Positions 12,800-26,901 are shown, counted from the stretch's first letter. The stretch is DNA of 64,000 nt from Octopus sinensis (GCF_006345805.1 NC_043005.1:39184001-39248000); one strand, 5' to 3'. Notes: generated by a model not told the origin, from the letters alone. Made by a program: numbers and translations.

Positions 12800-12895
12800 A
12801 GATGGATAGATTATAGGAAAGCCTATGATATGACCCCACATTCATGGATAGGTGACTGCGTGAGTATATTCAGTATAACTGACACCAAAAGAGAA
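12800..12895 (+). mobile_element. R4/Dong RT fragment in opposite orientation
   Basis: WIDYRKAYDMTPHSWIGDCVSIF within ORF 12737..13000. Confidence 0.75.
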
Positions 12896-12956
12896 TTTAT
12901 TATTATTATCATTATTATTAATAATAATAATTATAATAAGAATGATAAGGATAATA

Positions 12957-13170
12957 ATGGTTTCAAATTTTGCCACAAGGGCAGCAATTTGGTGGGATAG
13001 GATGAGGCGATTACATCGACCCCAGTCTTTCTCTGCTACTTGATTCATCGACCTACAAGGGATGAAAGGCAAAGTCAACCTCGGCGGGATTTGAACTCAG
13101 ACGTAGCGGCAGACGAAATACAGCTAAGCATTTCGTCCGGTGTGCTAACGATTCTGGCAGCTCGCCGCCT
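12957..13170 (-). mobile_element. tRNA-derived SINE (family beginning GGCGAGCTGGCAGAA)
   Basis: Head ggcggcgagctgccagaatcgttagc..gagttcaaatcccgccgagg (A/B boxes) and tail ..aaaatttgaaacc. Further copies at ~20800-20940 (+), 21044-21220 (+) and ~26405-26620 (-). Confidence 0.8.
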
Positions 13171-13181
13171 TAATAATAATG

Positions 13182-13236
<55 letters not shown>

Positions 13237-13307
13237 TTGTTACATCGCTGAGTTGTACATTTGGTTGATACCTTAATAATAATGATGATAATAATAATAA
13301 TAACAAC

Positions 13308-13366
<59 letters not shown>

Positions 13367-13875
13367 TTGTTACATCGCTGAGTTGTACATTTGGTTGATA
13401 CCTTCTATAATTTATTATCGTCCTTTTACATTTACAACTCACATCGTGCAGAAATCAACTTCATATTTCCCCTCGATAAGGATTTACATCAAATATATGC
13501 TCATCAAACATCAGGAAGATTTGCGGCCAAGTGCCAGGTTTAGAAATTGTAGATGCTGTTAATATTTTATCATTATAATCATTACTGTTAATATTGTTGA
13601 AATGGTTTTACCAGCCAAATATTTTCATCGGCTTAACGCATCACAAAGACCTCGATTTTAAGCCCTCCTGAAGGAAATATCACAATATCTTCGTTCTCAT
13701 TCCACTTTCAAAGCAACCATTAAAGGAAATATCAGCAACTACGAAACTTGATCTTCACAATTCCGAAATAAAACTTGAAAAATCTAAATGAAAAACACAC
13801 ACGCGCATATGTATGTATGTATGTATGTATATGTGTGTGTACAGAAGTATACAAGTGTATGTAAATATGGATAAA

Positions 13876-13971
<96 letters not shown>

Positions 13972-14027
13972 TATACATATACACATATATATTACATATA
14001 TATATATATACATATACACACACACAC

Positions 14028-14059
<32 letters not shown>

Positions 14060-14799
14060 GTATATATGTAATATATATATATATATAATGTGTTTACGTG
14101 TATTGATATGTATACATATATGTGTCTATATGTATTTATATATTTAGATATAAACATATGTAAAAACAAAAATATATTGTATTCAAATAAAAATTGGAAT
14201 AAAAGATATTTTAAAAACAAAATACAGAAACAAATATCAGAAAAAAATACGATAAAATCATCTACTTTTAGATTCGATGCATTTTGAGATAACAAGTATC
14301 GATCCCAGGTTTATTGATTGAGTTACTGGAACAGGAGAAGAGTATAGAGGGAAACGATGACTAAAAAGGTGGTTATCACTGATCGATTGCTTTGATACCA
14401 CAAGGAAAGAAAGCAATCACTTGAGCAGTTTCTCTTAATTTCATTTTACATTCTTTCCTTCTTAAGTCATTCCATACACCTTTAAAAATGAGGCTTATTT
14501 CCTATTTCTGCGTAAACAGTGCTTGTTTTATGGACAGGTATGCGTGGATGTGACATTATGTTCCCTCACCTCTTAACAGACACATTCCATGTTACATAGT
14601 TTTAGAAGTGTTTTAGACTTATCTACGGCAATTCTAAGACTATGCAGCATAGAGAATTTTAATCACAGTATACATACATATACATACATTCATATACACA
14701 TACATACACATATATGCACACGCATAAAATACAGATTTTCATACATTTAAAACCTTCAGTGTCTATACCAAGATAATACATTCACATTTATACCAATAA

Positions 14800-14960
14800 C
14801 AATTGGTGTTCTTGATTTTGTTAGTAGATACCTAAACGACAATCTGGAAAAGCTAGGATTTTCTGAAAAAGAAGACAACCGGCCAACCTGGAATATTACA
14901 AATACAACCTTTAAGCGGATGAAGGAATATATGTAAGATTTTACTTAAATTCAACATGTG
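14800..14960 (+). mobile_element. Possible RLE-type LINE C-terminal fragment
   Basis: ITIGVLDFVSRYLNDNLEKLGFSEKE resembles PIIIGALGxVxxxLxxNLEKLG of RLE LINE C-termini. Confidence 0.4.
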
Positions 14961-15557
14961 ACATTGTTTTTGTTATTTACGTTCCAACAATGGAGCTCTG
15001 TATCTCTGTTAGAAACCAGCTCTTTCTTTAAAGTTACAAATAGAGGAAGTAAATACCTACCTATATACATACATACATACATACATACATGCATGCTATA
15101 TGATAACTGTCACTTCTTTACATATGAAGGTCATCTCTTCAATTAATACTGTCTTGAGATCATATATGACCAGCAAGTCCTGCTCTTCACAAACAAATAC
15201 TACTGCAAATCTTAGAAATATTTTAAAGCAGAAATATGTCTGGGATTGTAGTTAAATCCTGTCTACGAAGTGCTCGTTTCAAAATAGATTCCTCCATAAT
15301 TCGAGCTTCAAACTATTATAAATCATTTTTTTCCAAACCGATCGGTCTTGCTCCCAGCCTTTAAATTTCACATTAAGAGCCTTAAGGTTGCTTTTGACAG
15401 CATTCCTAAAACGTTTCTTAGGTTTTATCCCTAAAACGTTTCTTAGGATTTCCCCGCGAAATATTTAATGTTCGACGGGGCTTCTTCAGCGTGCTCTAAT
15501 ATCATTATAGGTTATTGATAATTATCGTATTATATACTAAATTTACTCTTTTAATTT

Positions 15558-15962
15558 TTTTCAGTCATTTGACTGCAGCCATGCTGGAGCACAGCCTTTA
15601 GTTGAGCAAATCGACCCCAGGACTTATTCTTCGTAAGCCTAGTACTTATTCTATCGGTCTTTTTTGCCGAACCGCTAAGTTATGGGGACGTAAACATACC
15701 AGCATATATTGTCAAGCGATGTTGGGGGCCAAACATAGACACACAAATATACACACACACACACACATATATATATATATGAATATATATACAAATATAC
15801 GACGGGCTTCTTTCAGTTTCCCTCTACCAAATCCACTCACAAGTCTTTGGTCGGCCCGAGGCTATAGTAGAAGACACCTGCTCAAGGTGCCACGCAGTGG
15901 GACTGAACCCGGAACCATGTGGTTGGTAAGCAAGCTACTTACCACCAGCCACTTCTGCGCCT
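15558..15962 (-). mobile_element. tRNA-derived SINE, full length, with internal (CA)/(TA) microsatellite
   Basis: Head aggcgcagaagtggctggtggtaag..ccgggttcagtccc (B box), CORE-like ccttgagcaggtgtct, tail ..tgctccagcatggctgcagtcaaatgactgaaa. Confidence 0.9.
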
Positions 15963-18579
15963 ATATGTTTTTGTAACATTGCAAAAGTCATTTAATAATT
16001 ATTGGAGTTAATGGAACTACTGAGAACCAACGTACAGCTAGGTGGACTGAGATACTATAAAGATAATTCAAGCTTCAAGTCTGTATCACCAGAATGAAAT
16101 AATTGTGAGTGCATTTTATCCGTAATTTTGTAATTCTTTGGTTAGGACCTGTATTATATGTTTTTTCATTCATTCGAAGGAGGAGGTAGAGGAGGAGGAG
16201 ATGATAATAATGATTACGTTGTCGATAGTGGTAGTGGTAGTATTGGTGGTGGTCGTGGTGGTCGTGGTCGTGGTCGTGTGGTGATGGTGCTGGTGCTGCT
16301 GATGGTGGTCACAGTCATGGGCGATGGACAACAAAGCAAAAGCAACAATAACAGCAACGATAATGATATCGACAGCTGCCCGAAACGCTAGAAATACATA
16401 CATTCCTCTATCTCAGACAAAGCGTACTTCATGGTTTGAAGAAATTATATTTGTTTACATCTCCATAAAACGTCATGAATTTCTTGGAACTCTTCTGCTT
16501 GACTGTTTTATCCAAAGATAGAAGGGGGCATCATTGAAAGAATACAAATCAAAAGAACTTAACGGATTCGGCAGTTATATATTTATTCGAGATGAGATTT
16601 CACAGTCAATACGTAATTGACACAGGCACAAAAATACTGAATAATAATGGCTTTTTTATGTTATTTTTTTAAAAACAGAATGCTTCTTGTCTTCGACTTA
16701 GCTTCAGGAGAGAATTAAAGAAACGACAAATAGCAAATTTTTTATTGGATTTCTTTGAGGAATTTAAAATTAAAGAACGGTCAAAGAGAGTGAAAGAGTA
16801 AAAAAAATCTGATATCTGATAAAAAACGGCAGAAAGAAATAGAGATAGAGACGTAAATTAACTAAGAGATAAAATGGAAAGAGGGGAAATGAGTGGATAG
16901 AAAAACAGATAACGAAGCGTAGAAGTGAGATGTGGTCGATAATGGAAATTAAGGGGTAACTGTAGTGAGAAGTAAGGTTTGTGAAAGGAAGAGATAGAGA
17001 TGTAGAATGATGAGAATGAAATAAATGAAACGTCAATCAGGCGCTTGAGTAAAGCAGTAAATAATTCCGACAAAGTAATTGATGTTATAAAGGAAGGGGT
17101 TTCAACTGGGATCAGTATCATAGAAAATGTCTTCAGCCCTGAGCATTACAGTCTCGAGTCTTAATAGTCATGGGGTCAGTTATTCGGTTTCTTTGGTGTA
17201 GCAGTGACCAAGATCCCAACTTCCCGCTTGAACTGGGTGCCAATCCATCGCAGGGTCGAAAATTTACAGCTACGTGAACTGCAGCAACGTAAAAACAAGA
17301 GTTTTTTCTCAAGGACTACGCATACTCAAGATGAAATAGAGAGGTGCAGAATATAGAGAATTAAAGTATTATCATAGAAGGATAAAAAAAAAGAGAATAA
17401 TCAATGAAAAGAATTGGATAAAGATAAGTAATGGATTAAAAGAATAGAATAGATTTGGGTTAAATGACGTGACTTAGAGAGAGCGAGAGAGAGAGAGAGA
17501 GATGAGAAGGATGAGAGGAAATCGTGATGTAACATAGATATATAAGAGAGAAAGAGTAATGATAACGAGGGAAAAAAAGATGTTTTAAAATGTAAAAATT
17601 ACGAGAGAGAAACAGATTTTCGTAAGAGAGTATCGAAAAGGACTGCGCAATAGATAATGTGTGTCTTAAATAGACTTTATAAAGTTAGCCAAAGATAGTT
17701 AATTCAAACTGTTACTGTCTCAGAATAGGGTTGAGAAAAAGAGGGCTTAGAGGAGATTGCCTAGTAATTACTATTGTTACCATTGATCTTTAACTCAGAG
17801 ATGATATAAGTTAATTTGTTGAGAATTTGTCAGGTGCACACATGAATATGCCAATAAAAATTTCACTTCTGCATCATCTTGAACAGTTGTATGGTACTAT
17901 TGCTTCACTTTGCGTGCAAATGTCGTGCAAAATTGATCGTCTGAACTTTTTTGGACGGCAGCCCACTCTTGGAACGGATGCTAATTTTTATGAGTTATAA
18001 ACATACACTTTCGCCTCGTTTCACACCATCACTTTACACGTGAATGCCTTTAGCGGAGCCCACTCTGTTGGAAGCATTAGAACCAAGTCTGTGATTTCAG
18101 GATAAGAAGATAACCTTCCTCTCTCCATCTCCTTCCATTAGTTTTATAGGTTCTGGAGAAGAAAAAATGCTATGAATGCTACTTTCCCTCTTTCGACAAA
18201 GTTGTAATTTTTTAAATATTTTTAATTATAATATCGATAAAATGGCTTCTCTTTAACGGATCATTGCTGCATTCATGCTTGCGTTCAGTTCTCATAGGAT
18301 CAGTCAGATGAAAAAGCAAATTTCCTGCAAGTGTAATCCGACTAAAATAGAGCAATGCCCTGGAAACCAACGAAACTCGTCAGTTTTACACTTCTGTTAC
18401 GGCTTAAAGTGAACAGCTATTCCTAACTGTCGTCATATTTACAAATGTGTTGAGTGAGTTTTTTCATGGTTACATGTTTTGGCTACAAATACGAAAGAGG
18501 ATACGAACAGTTAATGTCTATTCACACTGCGGTGCAACTCTCACTGTCTGTTATATTCTTAATCTCTTATTTTCATCCT

Positions 18580-19042
18580 TTTATTTCCGTCAGTTATTGC
18601 GACCATACTGGAGCACCGCCTTAAAGAAATTTGGTCAACAAAGATAACCATATTACTTCGTTTTTTTTTTGTTTTGTTTTTCTTTTAAGGCTCACATTTA
18701 TACTATCGGTCGATTTTGCCGACCAGCTATATCACTGACCCGTAAATTAACCAACACCAGTTGTGAAGAGGTGGAGGATGATAATTACAAACAACAACAC
18801 ACACACACACACACATATGTATATATAAATATAAATATAAACACACATACACACACACACATATATATATACACACATATACGACGGGTTTTCACACGGT
18901 TTTCGTTTACCAGTTTCACTAACTATTGATAATGCCTGGGCTATACTAGAAGACACTTGTCTACGGAGCCAAACGGTGGAACTGAACCCGAGACAGAGTG
19001 GCTTCAAAGTAAGATTCTTAACCACAGAGTCATGTCTGTTCC
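18580..19042 (-). mobile_element. Diverged copy of the same SINE
   Basis: Colinear similarity to 15558-15962. Confidence 0.8.
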
Positions 19043-19799
19043 GTCTGGTAATTTTTTTTTAGCTATGGAGATTTTTCTTTCACTAATAAGAGATATATTA
19101 GAATTTTGTTACGGTGCTGCGTGATTAATGATCAATGATGACAATTATTGGTGTTATTTTATTATTGCTGTTGAAGTCTATCTTAATATTGATTAGTAAA
19201 ATGTCCAACTGATATTTTAGAAAAAAGAAGTAGTAACGTGGGAGAGTAGGATTGTGTGGACGTCAATGAAGCAAAAGTTTTGAACGTTTTTCGTAGGACA
19301 TATTCTGGGAGGGAATTAGGAACAATATCACTACATAAGTAATTTGATGTTATTGCAGTACAGCAAAAGCTATACAAGCATGACATTACGGTCAACGAGG
19401 CTTGACTGAGATGCTGTGAGAAACGCAAATTCACGGCGTATTTTAATGAGCATAGTAGGACACGAAATACAGATTCTGCGTTTGAAATACTGAAAATTAA
19501 TTATGCATATAGGAAACAATATATCAGTCTCATTAAAACTAGTAATAATTATAGAGGCGTCAGATGATATATATTCTATCATCTGTCCACCCAACTAGAG
19601 CAAGGCAAAGCAAGCAGTTTTTCTCTGTTTTGTAGCTATGGTTGAAGAGGTCGTGTGATGGATACGGCTGAAAGTATTAAGGACACACACTTTCCTCTTA
19701 GGTGAAGTCTCCCTACATGTTTTTAAGTTCCACTTAGCAATGAAAGTGAGGGTAGAGAGGGAAGTACTCTCTCCCAGTGAATATATCAAAAGATGGGTG

Positions 19800-20605
19800 G
19801 ATGAGTGTGGTAAAAATGATTAGGGTGAATGAGTCTAATTGCATTTCTCAGAGCGTTCGGTCTGCTTTACTCTGGTTGATTCAGTCAGAGCGGACAGCTG
19901 CCTTTTGTCAGACGTCTCACAGGGTCTCTTTCAGCACATTATAAGCTTTGATACTTTTCAATTATCGTAAAAGACATTCAATAGTCAAGTACCAATATCA
20001 AAATCCTAGCTGTTCCCAGCAGAGCAGTATTTTGGGCCCGCACTGCTTTCATTTCAATTCCGATTTCTCTGGCATATTTATCGAATTTGGTTGCTAGTGC
20101 TCCGAGTGCCCTTAGAACTACTGCGATGACGGACACCCTCTTCATATTCCATATTCTTGGAATTTCGTCTTTTAGTAATTTGTATTTTTCAATATTTTCT
20201 AGTTGTCTGTCACTTATGCGAGCACCCCCAGGTGTACCAATATCTATAATCTTGGTTTCCTTTTTCCCTATCTACCACAACAAAATCTGGTATCCGAGCA
20301 CTGATTAGGGGTTCACATACGATTATAAAACCTTACAGTATCTTATAATTATTGTCCTCGGTGACTCCTTCTGTTTCATGTTCGTACCGTTTCCTTCTCT
20401 GTCCAGGCCGTACATTTCAATTTGTCTCCAGTGAACAAACTTAGCTACGTTATTGTGTCTCCTTCTGTAATGCTTTTCGGCAGGTTGCATACACGCACTC
20501 CCTCACTCACCTCATCACTGTCCAGGCCGTACATTTCAATTTGTCTCCAGTGAACAAACTTAGCTACGTTATTGTGTCTCCTTCTGTAATGCTTTTCGGC
20601 AGGTT
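19800..20605 (-). mobile_element. R4/Dong LINE 3' end (restriction-like endonuclease domain plus 3' UTR)
   Basis: YRRRHNNVAKFVHW..WYEHETEGV..ARIPDFVVVD..IIDIGTPG..ENIEKYKLLKDEI..WNMKRVSVIAVVLRALG..QNTALLGTARIL. Confidence 0.85.
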
Positions 20606-20709
20606 TGCTACACTCACTCACTCACTCTCACTCACTCACTCATGATACATGAGATTGTTTCGTTTTCCTTTTACACTCATGTACATGCTTTTGGGCCACC
20701 TTGCCCAAT

Positions 20710-20754
<45 letters not shown>

Positions 20755-21230
20755 ATTATTATTATTATTATTATCATCATTATTATCATTATTATTATCA
20801 AGACGGCAATCTGGTACAATCGTTGGCACGGCGGGTAAAACGCTTAGCAGCATTTCATGCATCTTTACGTTCTAAGTATAAAATCCAGTGCAGCCGACTT
20901 TGACTTTCATCCTTTGGATGTCGATAAAATACATACAAGTTAAGCAATGAGGTTGGCGCAATCAAGTTACGCTCACCCCCACCACGACCTTGCTAGAGTT
21001 CCTCTAAAATGTGGAAACCATTATCATAATTGTTACTGTTATTAAGGTGGCGAGCTGGCAGAATCTTTAGCAAGCCGGGCAAAATGTTCAACTGCCGAAG
21101 TCAACTTTGCCTTTCATCCTCTTGGAGTCGATAAAATAAGTACCATCTACGCATTGCACTCGATGCAATCGACTTAACTCTGCCCTGATATTGCTGACCC
21201 TGTACCAAAATTTGAAACCATTATTATTAT

Positions 21231-21421
21231 TCAACGAGAGAGCAATGCATGCCATCAAAGAAACATCGGGGTACAGAAATACGAAGCCCAATATACACAT
21301 CATGACTACACGTCTGATAAGGGTACACCAAGCACATGCCTCAGAAACATATGCGCGCGACATGGTGATTTCCTACCAAGATAAACAGCAGGTGACTTTT
21401 CTGTTAGGGCCCAGTTAGAAT
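21231..21421 (+). mobile_element. Partial copy of the ~560-bp (TAA)n-associated non-autonomous element
   Basis: Aligns to 34249-34440; flanked by (ATT)n and (GTT)n. Confidence 0.8.
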
Positions 21422-23757
21422 TGTTGTTGTTGTTGTTGTTGTTGTTGATGATGATGATGATCATGAGTTTTAAGACGTCGCATAGCATCCATATCGTAAT
21501 GTTGTTGATTGAAGATATTGTATCCAAAGCAACAACAGGAGCAATAGAAAAAGCGATCTACTGAACCCTAAAGGCTACCGATCGTACAACAATATCATCA
21601 TCTTCACCCTCTCAACCGAAAGATACCTCATCCTCAACAGGCATCCAGATCACCAGCTTAGAAATACGCGACTGTGAATACATATCTCCCGCCACTGCCA
21701 CAGATTTCTCCGACAGTGAAAACTCGTTTGGCAAGGAAGATATTTTTGGAAAACCACCATAATATATCCTAGGGGAAAAAAACAAGAAAAAATACAAAAT
21801 GAAAAGCACATTACAAGTGTTTAGAAGAGGAGACACAAAACTAACTGGCCATTACAAACCTACACACTGTACACCAACCCATTTACAAACATCTCCAACA
21901 TTATAAGCACCATCAACATTACAAATACCTCAACAAATGCAAATACACAGTAATCCAGACCAACTCTGTGAACAGCATTCCTAAAGCGTCATCAACAACA
22001 CCACGGCCTTAGATACAATCAACAGGAACTTAATAACAAATATTCAAAAGCACACAAACATTACTCTAAATCATTTCATTATTCCCTCACATAACACTCC
22101 TATTGACATAAATATTTTGAGTTCAAATCCTGTTTAGGTTGTCTCTATCTTTTCTCCTCCTGAAGTCAATAAAATCGATTTCATAACGCACGCCACCGAG
22201 TGTCTGACCGTAGACCAATATGAGAAATCATAAATAAATGTAATTTATGAATATCAATGATCGCAGCCTCTCTGCCATACAGATTTTTATTAGACATCTA
22301 AGCTAAAACCAAGAATAGACTTTACACTATGTCATAGAAATTTCAACATATTTCTGACTCACATATTTCAAACATCGTATGAGCATTTATTATCAGCGAC
22401 CAGACACCTGTGGGTTGTTTTATCCATCCACATCTGATAAAACTTCAACAAAGATATTAAATATCTGCTGCGGGATCGGTCAATAAAATTTAGCAAGAAT
22501 TCGGTTTTTTTACTCAGTCTTCATTTTACTTGTTTTGCTTTTTAATGTTTTGTGTTCATGTTTTTCCGAGGTGGGTTTTTTGAATAACGAAAAGCAAACT
22601 AAATTGCGTTCTCTGTATATATTAATTTTGCAATACCGTTATTATATTGCTGCCTTTAGTATTGTTTCGATCTGAAGATCAGCCTCAGATAATTTGTTTT
22701 ATACATAATCAATTAATTTTCATTATTTTGGTAGAGAGAGAAGAGATGGAGAAGAGAGAAGAGGGGGAAGAGAGAAGAGTGGTGGTAGGGAGTGGGCAGA
22801 GAGTTGGAAATATCGATTTTCTTATTATTGTCGTGGTTTTGTGACAGAGTTCTCAGTTAATATTCAATTATTGCCTTGAAATAGCTTTACTTTGAAAATA
22901 TTCATTACAGAGTGCCGTTGATAACATCAAATAGATTTTTTTTCTTTTAGCTTGCGCCTCGTCAATTTATAATTTACAGAATTTACATTTAAATTTTACG
23001 TGAAAAAAAGCAAGAAATTTGTATACCTATAAAGAAATACAAATAGCAAAGAAAAAACATTTTTCTCTTTTTTCATTGACATGTTGCCAAAACAAAAAAG
23101 AAGGGAATCAAACCAAAAGTTGTATGATTTGAAAACGATGTGAAAGAAAACAAGAGTTCTTGAAAGGAAAATTGAAAACGGTATAAAGATGGTATTTAGT
23201 CACGTGTCATCAACTAAGAACCCACCGCCATTCATAATCCGACTCAAATAAAAATAGAATTTCTCACTTTCAATGAATAAATAAAATTTACTTCGGACCC
23301 CAAGATGATTTCAAAGTTCCCGTATAGAGGAATAAATGTGATTTTAGGGTCAATACTCAATCATTAAAATGTAATGATTTCGATTTTATTCCACTAGCTA
23401 GTTTTGAGGCAGTATTTTGTAGTCTTTTATTATTTTATCTGTTTCAGTCACTGAAATGTGGACAAACTGGTGCAATACTTTGAAGGGGTTTTACTGATCA
23501 TTGTACTGATGTATTGTTCATTTTCTATCAGCCTCATTTTCCCGAATTGCAAACTTACGAGAACATAAACAGCCTAATGCCGGTTGTGAAACTGTGGGAA
23601 ACTGGTAACATATAAAGAGAATACAGTGTGGGCAGAAGCCAAGAATTGTAAAAATACAGCTGGTCCAAGAGCTGAAACCACCAGATTATGCCTACATATC
23701 GCAATATTCTACTAGCGTTGGTAACATTGGCCTACCTATATATATATATATATATAT

Positions 23758-25677
23758 AAGTTTGCCAAAGAGACAGCCACAGTGCACCAGAGAATAGGAC
23801 CTCTCTTCCAAAAAGATGGCTCTCTCACAGGAAATCTCACGAGGAAAAGTGAAATACTGAACGAACAGTTCCAAAGTGTGTTCACTACACCTCTAGGACA
23901 CAGGCAAGTAAACAACCCAGAAGAATTCTTTGCCACTTTACTTGCGGCCAAAGAGACAAAAATTGAGTACATCAACATCGAAGATGATGATATTACACTA
24001 GCCATTGATGAGATTGACACAAACTCAGCTGCTGGACCTGATGGATTCCCAGCGATCCTTCTCAAATCGTGCAAACGAGCCCTTGCAAAACCGCTACAGC
24101 TTCTTTTTCAGAGCTTTCTTGCATGTGGTAAGCTCCCAGTCAAATTGAAAGAGGGGGTAATATGCCCTATCCATAAGGGAGGTAGCAGAGCAGATGCTAA
24201 AAATTATAGGCCTATCTCTCTGACCTCACACATCAGCAAAGTCATGGAACGAATAGTCCGTAAGAAACTAATCATGTTCCTTGAAGAAAATGACTTACTG
24301 TCTGACAACCAGCATGGATTTCGACCAGGTAGAGGCTGCCTAACACAGCTCCTGCAACACTATGACTGGGTGTTGAAACAGCTACTAAATGGCTCAAATG
24401 TGGATGTAATATATCTCGACTTTGCAAAAGCCTTTGATAAAGTCGACCATGGTATGATCTGTCACAAACTGTGTGGTCTCGGCATATGTGGGAAACTTTG
24501 AGAGTGGCTGCACAACTTCCTAAAAGACAGAAAACAGGCAGTTGTGAGCAATGGAGCCACCTCCAAGGAAACGCAAATAACAAGCGGTGTCCCACAGGGC
24601 ACTGTTTTGGGGCCACTGATGTTCATAGTGGCCCTTTCAGACATGCCTTCAGTTGCTACGATGACCACCCTTGCTAGCTATGCAGATGACACAAAAGTCT
24701 CCCACGCAATACAAAACCCTGAAAATATTGCGCATCTGCAACATGAGCTGGACACAATATACAGGTGGGCTGAGGACAACAACATGCAGTTTAATGCAGG
24801 TAAGTTCCAGGCCCTACGCTACTGGCACACAAAGGTAAATGAGGTGAAGACTGGATACACTGGCCCAGGAAAAATTGCAATCCCTGAGTCAAAATCAGTG
24901 CGTGACCTGGGCATTGACATGAGCAATGATGCATCTTTCCAAATGCATATTGCTAATCTGGTGATAAAATGCAGACGGCTAGCTGGATGGATTCTCCGAA
25001 CTTTCAGAATAAGAGAGAAGGAGACACTGATGGTCCTATGGAAAACATTCGTCCTCAGCCGCTTGGACTACTGCTCCCAACTTTGGTCACCACACAATAT
25101 AAAACTAACAACAGAACTCGAAGCAATTCAGAGAAGCTACACAAAGAAAATCGTCTCAATGCAAAATATCAGCTACTGGGAAAGACTGAAGGTATTAAAC
25201 CTCTTCTCCCTAGAGCGGAGGCGGGAGAGATATGCGGTGATATACATCTGGAAAATCCTGGAGGGTCTTGTCCCAAACTTTGGCATTCAAAGTTACTCCA
25301 ACCGCAGAACGGGGCGCCACTGCATGGTGCCAAGGATTCCAACATCACCATCAAAATACAGGTCCAGATACTGCAACAGCTTGGGTTTCAGAGGACCACA
25401 GCTCTTTAACATCCTCCCTAAATGCCTGAGAGACTTACATGGTGTGGATGTGGATTTCTTTAAAACTAAACTGGATCTCTTCTTGTCGGGAGTCCCAGAT
25501 GAGCCTACCTCACGACAGGAGACGCGGATGCGGGCAGCAGCATCGAACTCCCTTGTTAATCAAGTGCCACGTATCAGAGGTGGATTCAGAAATTAGTGTA
25601 GCTCATTCAGCGGTTGTGCCCCAGCGTGGCCGCGGCCTTCGGGCTAAAACATTTTTAAGGATTTAAGGATTTAAGGA
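23758..25677 (+). mobile_element. CR1-like LINE, 5'-truncated, inserted in (TA)n
   Basis: ORFs 23782..24501 and 24544..25596 share one frame, split only by TGA at 24499-24501. RT motifs NYRPISLTS, QHGFR, YLDFAKAFDKV, GVPQGTVLGP, YADD. 3' stem-loop and (TTTAAGGA)x3 tail at 25654-25677; (TA)n on both sides. Confidence 0.95.
23782..25596 (+). pseudogene. LINE ORF2 reverse transcriptase with a single in-frame nonsense codon
   Basis: ..GICGKL*EWLHNFLKDRKQAVVSNG.. reads continuously across the stop; no frameshift seen over ~600 codons. Confidence 0.9.
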
Positions 25678-25766
25678 TATATATATATATGTGTGTGTAA
25701 TTATATAATTATATATGTATACATATATATAATACATATATACATATGTATGTATAAGTATATATG

Positions 25767-25881
<115 letters not shown>

Positions 25882-26719
25882 GCATTCATACACAGAAACT
25901 GTATACAATAAGCGTTAAGATCTTTGACATCGAGCTGACCGATATAAAAGGCAAAGCGTCACGGTAAACAAAATATTAACTTGACTAGATGCCAAGTGAT
26001 GATGCACTCGCTAGAAATAACAGCAAAAACTCTTTATTGAAAGAGATTATATGTATAAAGTATATCGGACGCAAGATTCATTGAGCAGCATTTAACATAT
26101 ATTTAGCCAATTTAGACACATTCGAGTCGTCGGTTCATTTTCGTTATAGATAACATGTCAGTATTTCAAACACCGTGCACTGCTGTTAAATATTTTTTTT
26201 ATATGTAAATCAGGAAGACGCTAGAAAGAGGCATTTTAAGACAATGAAAAAAAAATGATAAATTCAGTTCAATCAATCCTAAAACTACTCAGTTCTGGGA
26301 TCAATGGAATAGTTTGAAGTTTAGTTTCATTCTCATGTATTTCGGTTTGAAGAACATATAGGGGTACAGCACATCGTTGATTTCGACATCATTGCTATTT
26401 AGTATAATATACTGGTTCCAAATTTAGGTATAAGGCCAGCAATTTTGTAGGAGGTGTTAATTCGATTATATCGACCTCAGTGCTCAACTGGTACTGATTT
26501 TGTCGACCCCGAAATGATTATATAGCAAGGCTGGTCACGGCGGAATTTCAAATAAGAATGTAAAGTCGGAAGAAATGCCACTATGCATGTTGCACGAAAT
26601 GTTAACAGTTCCTCAGAAAAAGTTGACTCAGAAAACGAACATATGTATTAATATTCCAGCTAAAATCCATGGATTTTTCGAATCCCTTGTAATCGCATAT
26701 GGACGGGAAATACAGCAAC

Positions 26720-26816
<97 letters not shown>

Positions 26817-26820
26817 TGAT
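26720..26820. repeat. (GATA)n microsatellite
   Basis: Directly visible. Confidence 0.97.
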
Positions 26821-26838
26821 TGATTGATTGATTAATTG

Positions 26839-26869
<31 letters not shown>

Positions 26870-26901
26870 AAATAAAATACAATAACAAAGACAAAGCAAT
26901 A

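Noticed and set aside
21480-22130. A/C-skewed stretch resembling decayed LINE ORF1 sequence
   Set aside because: No motif I could confirm.
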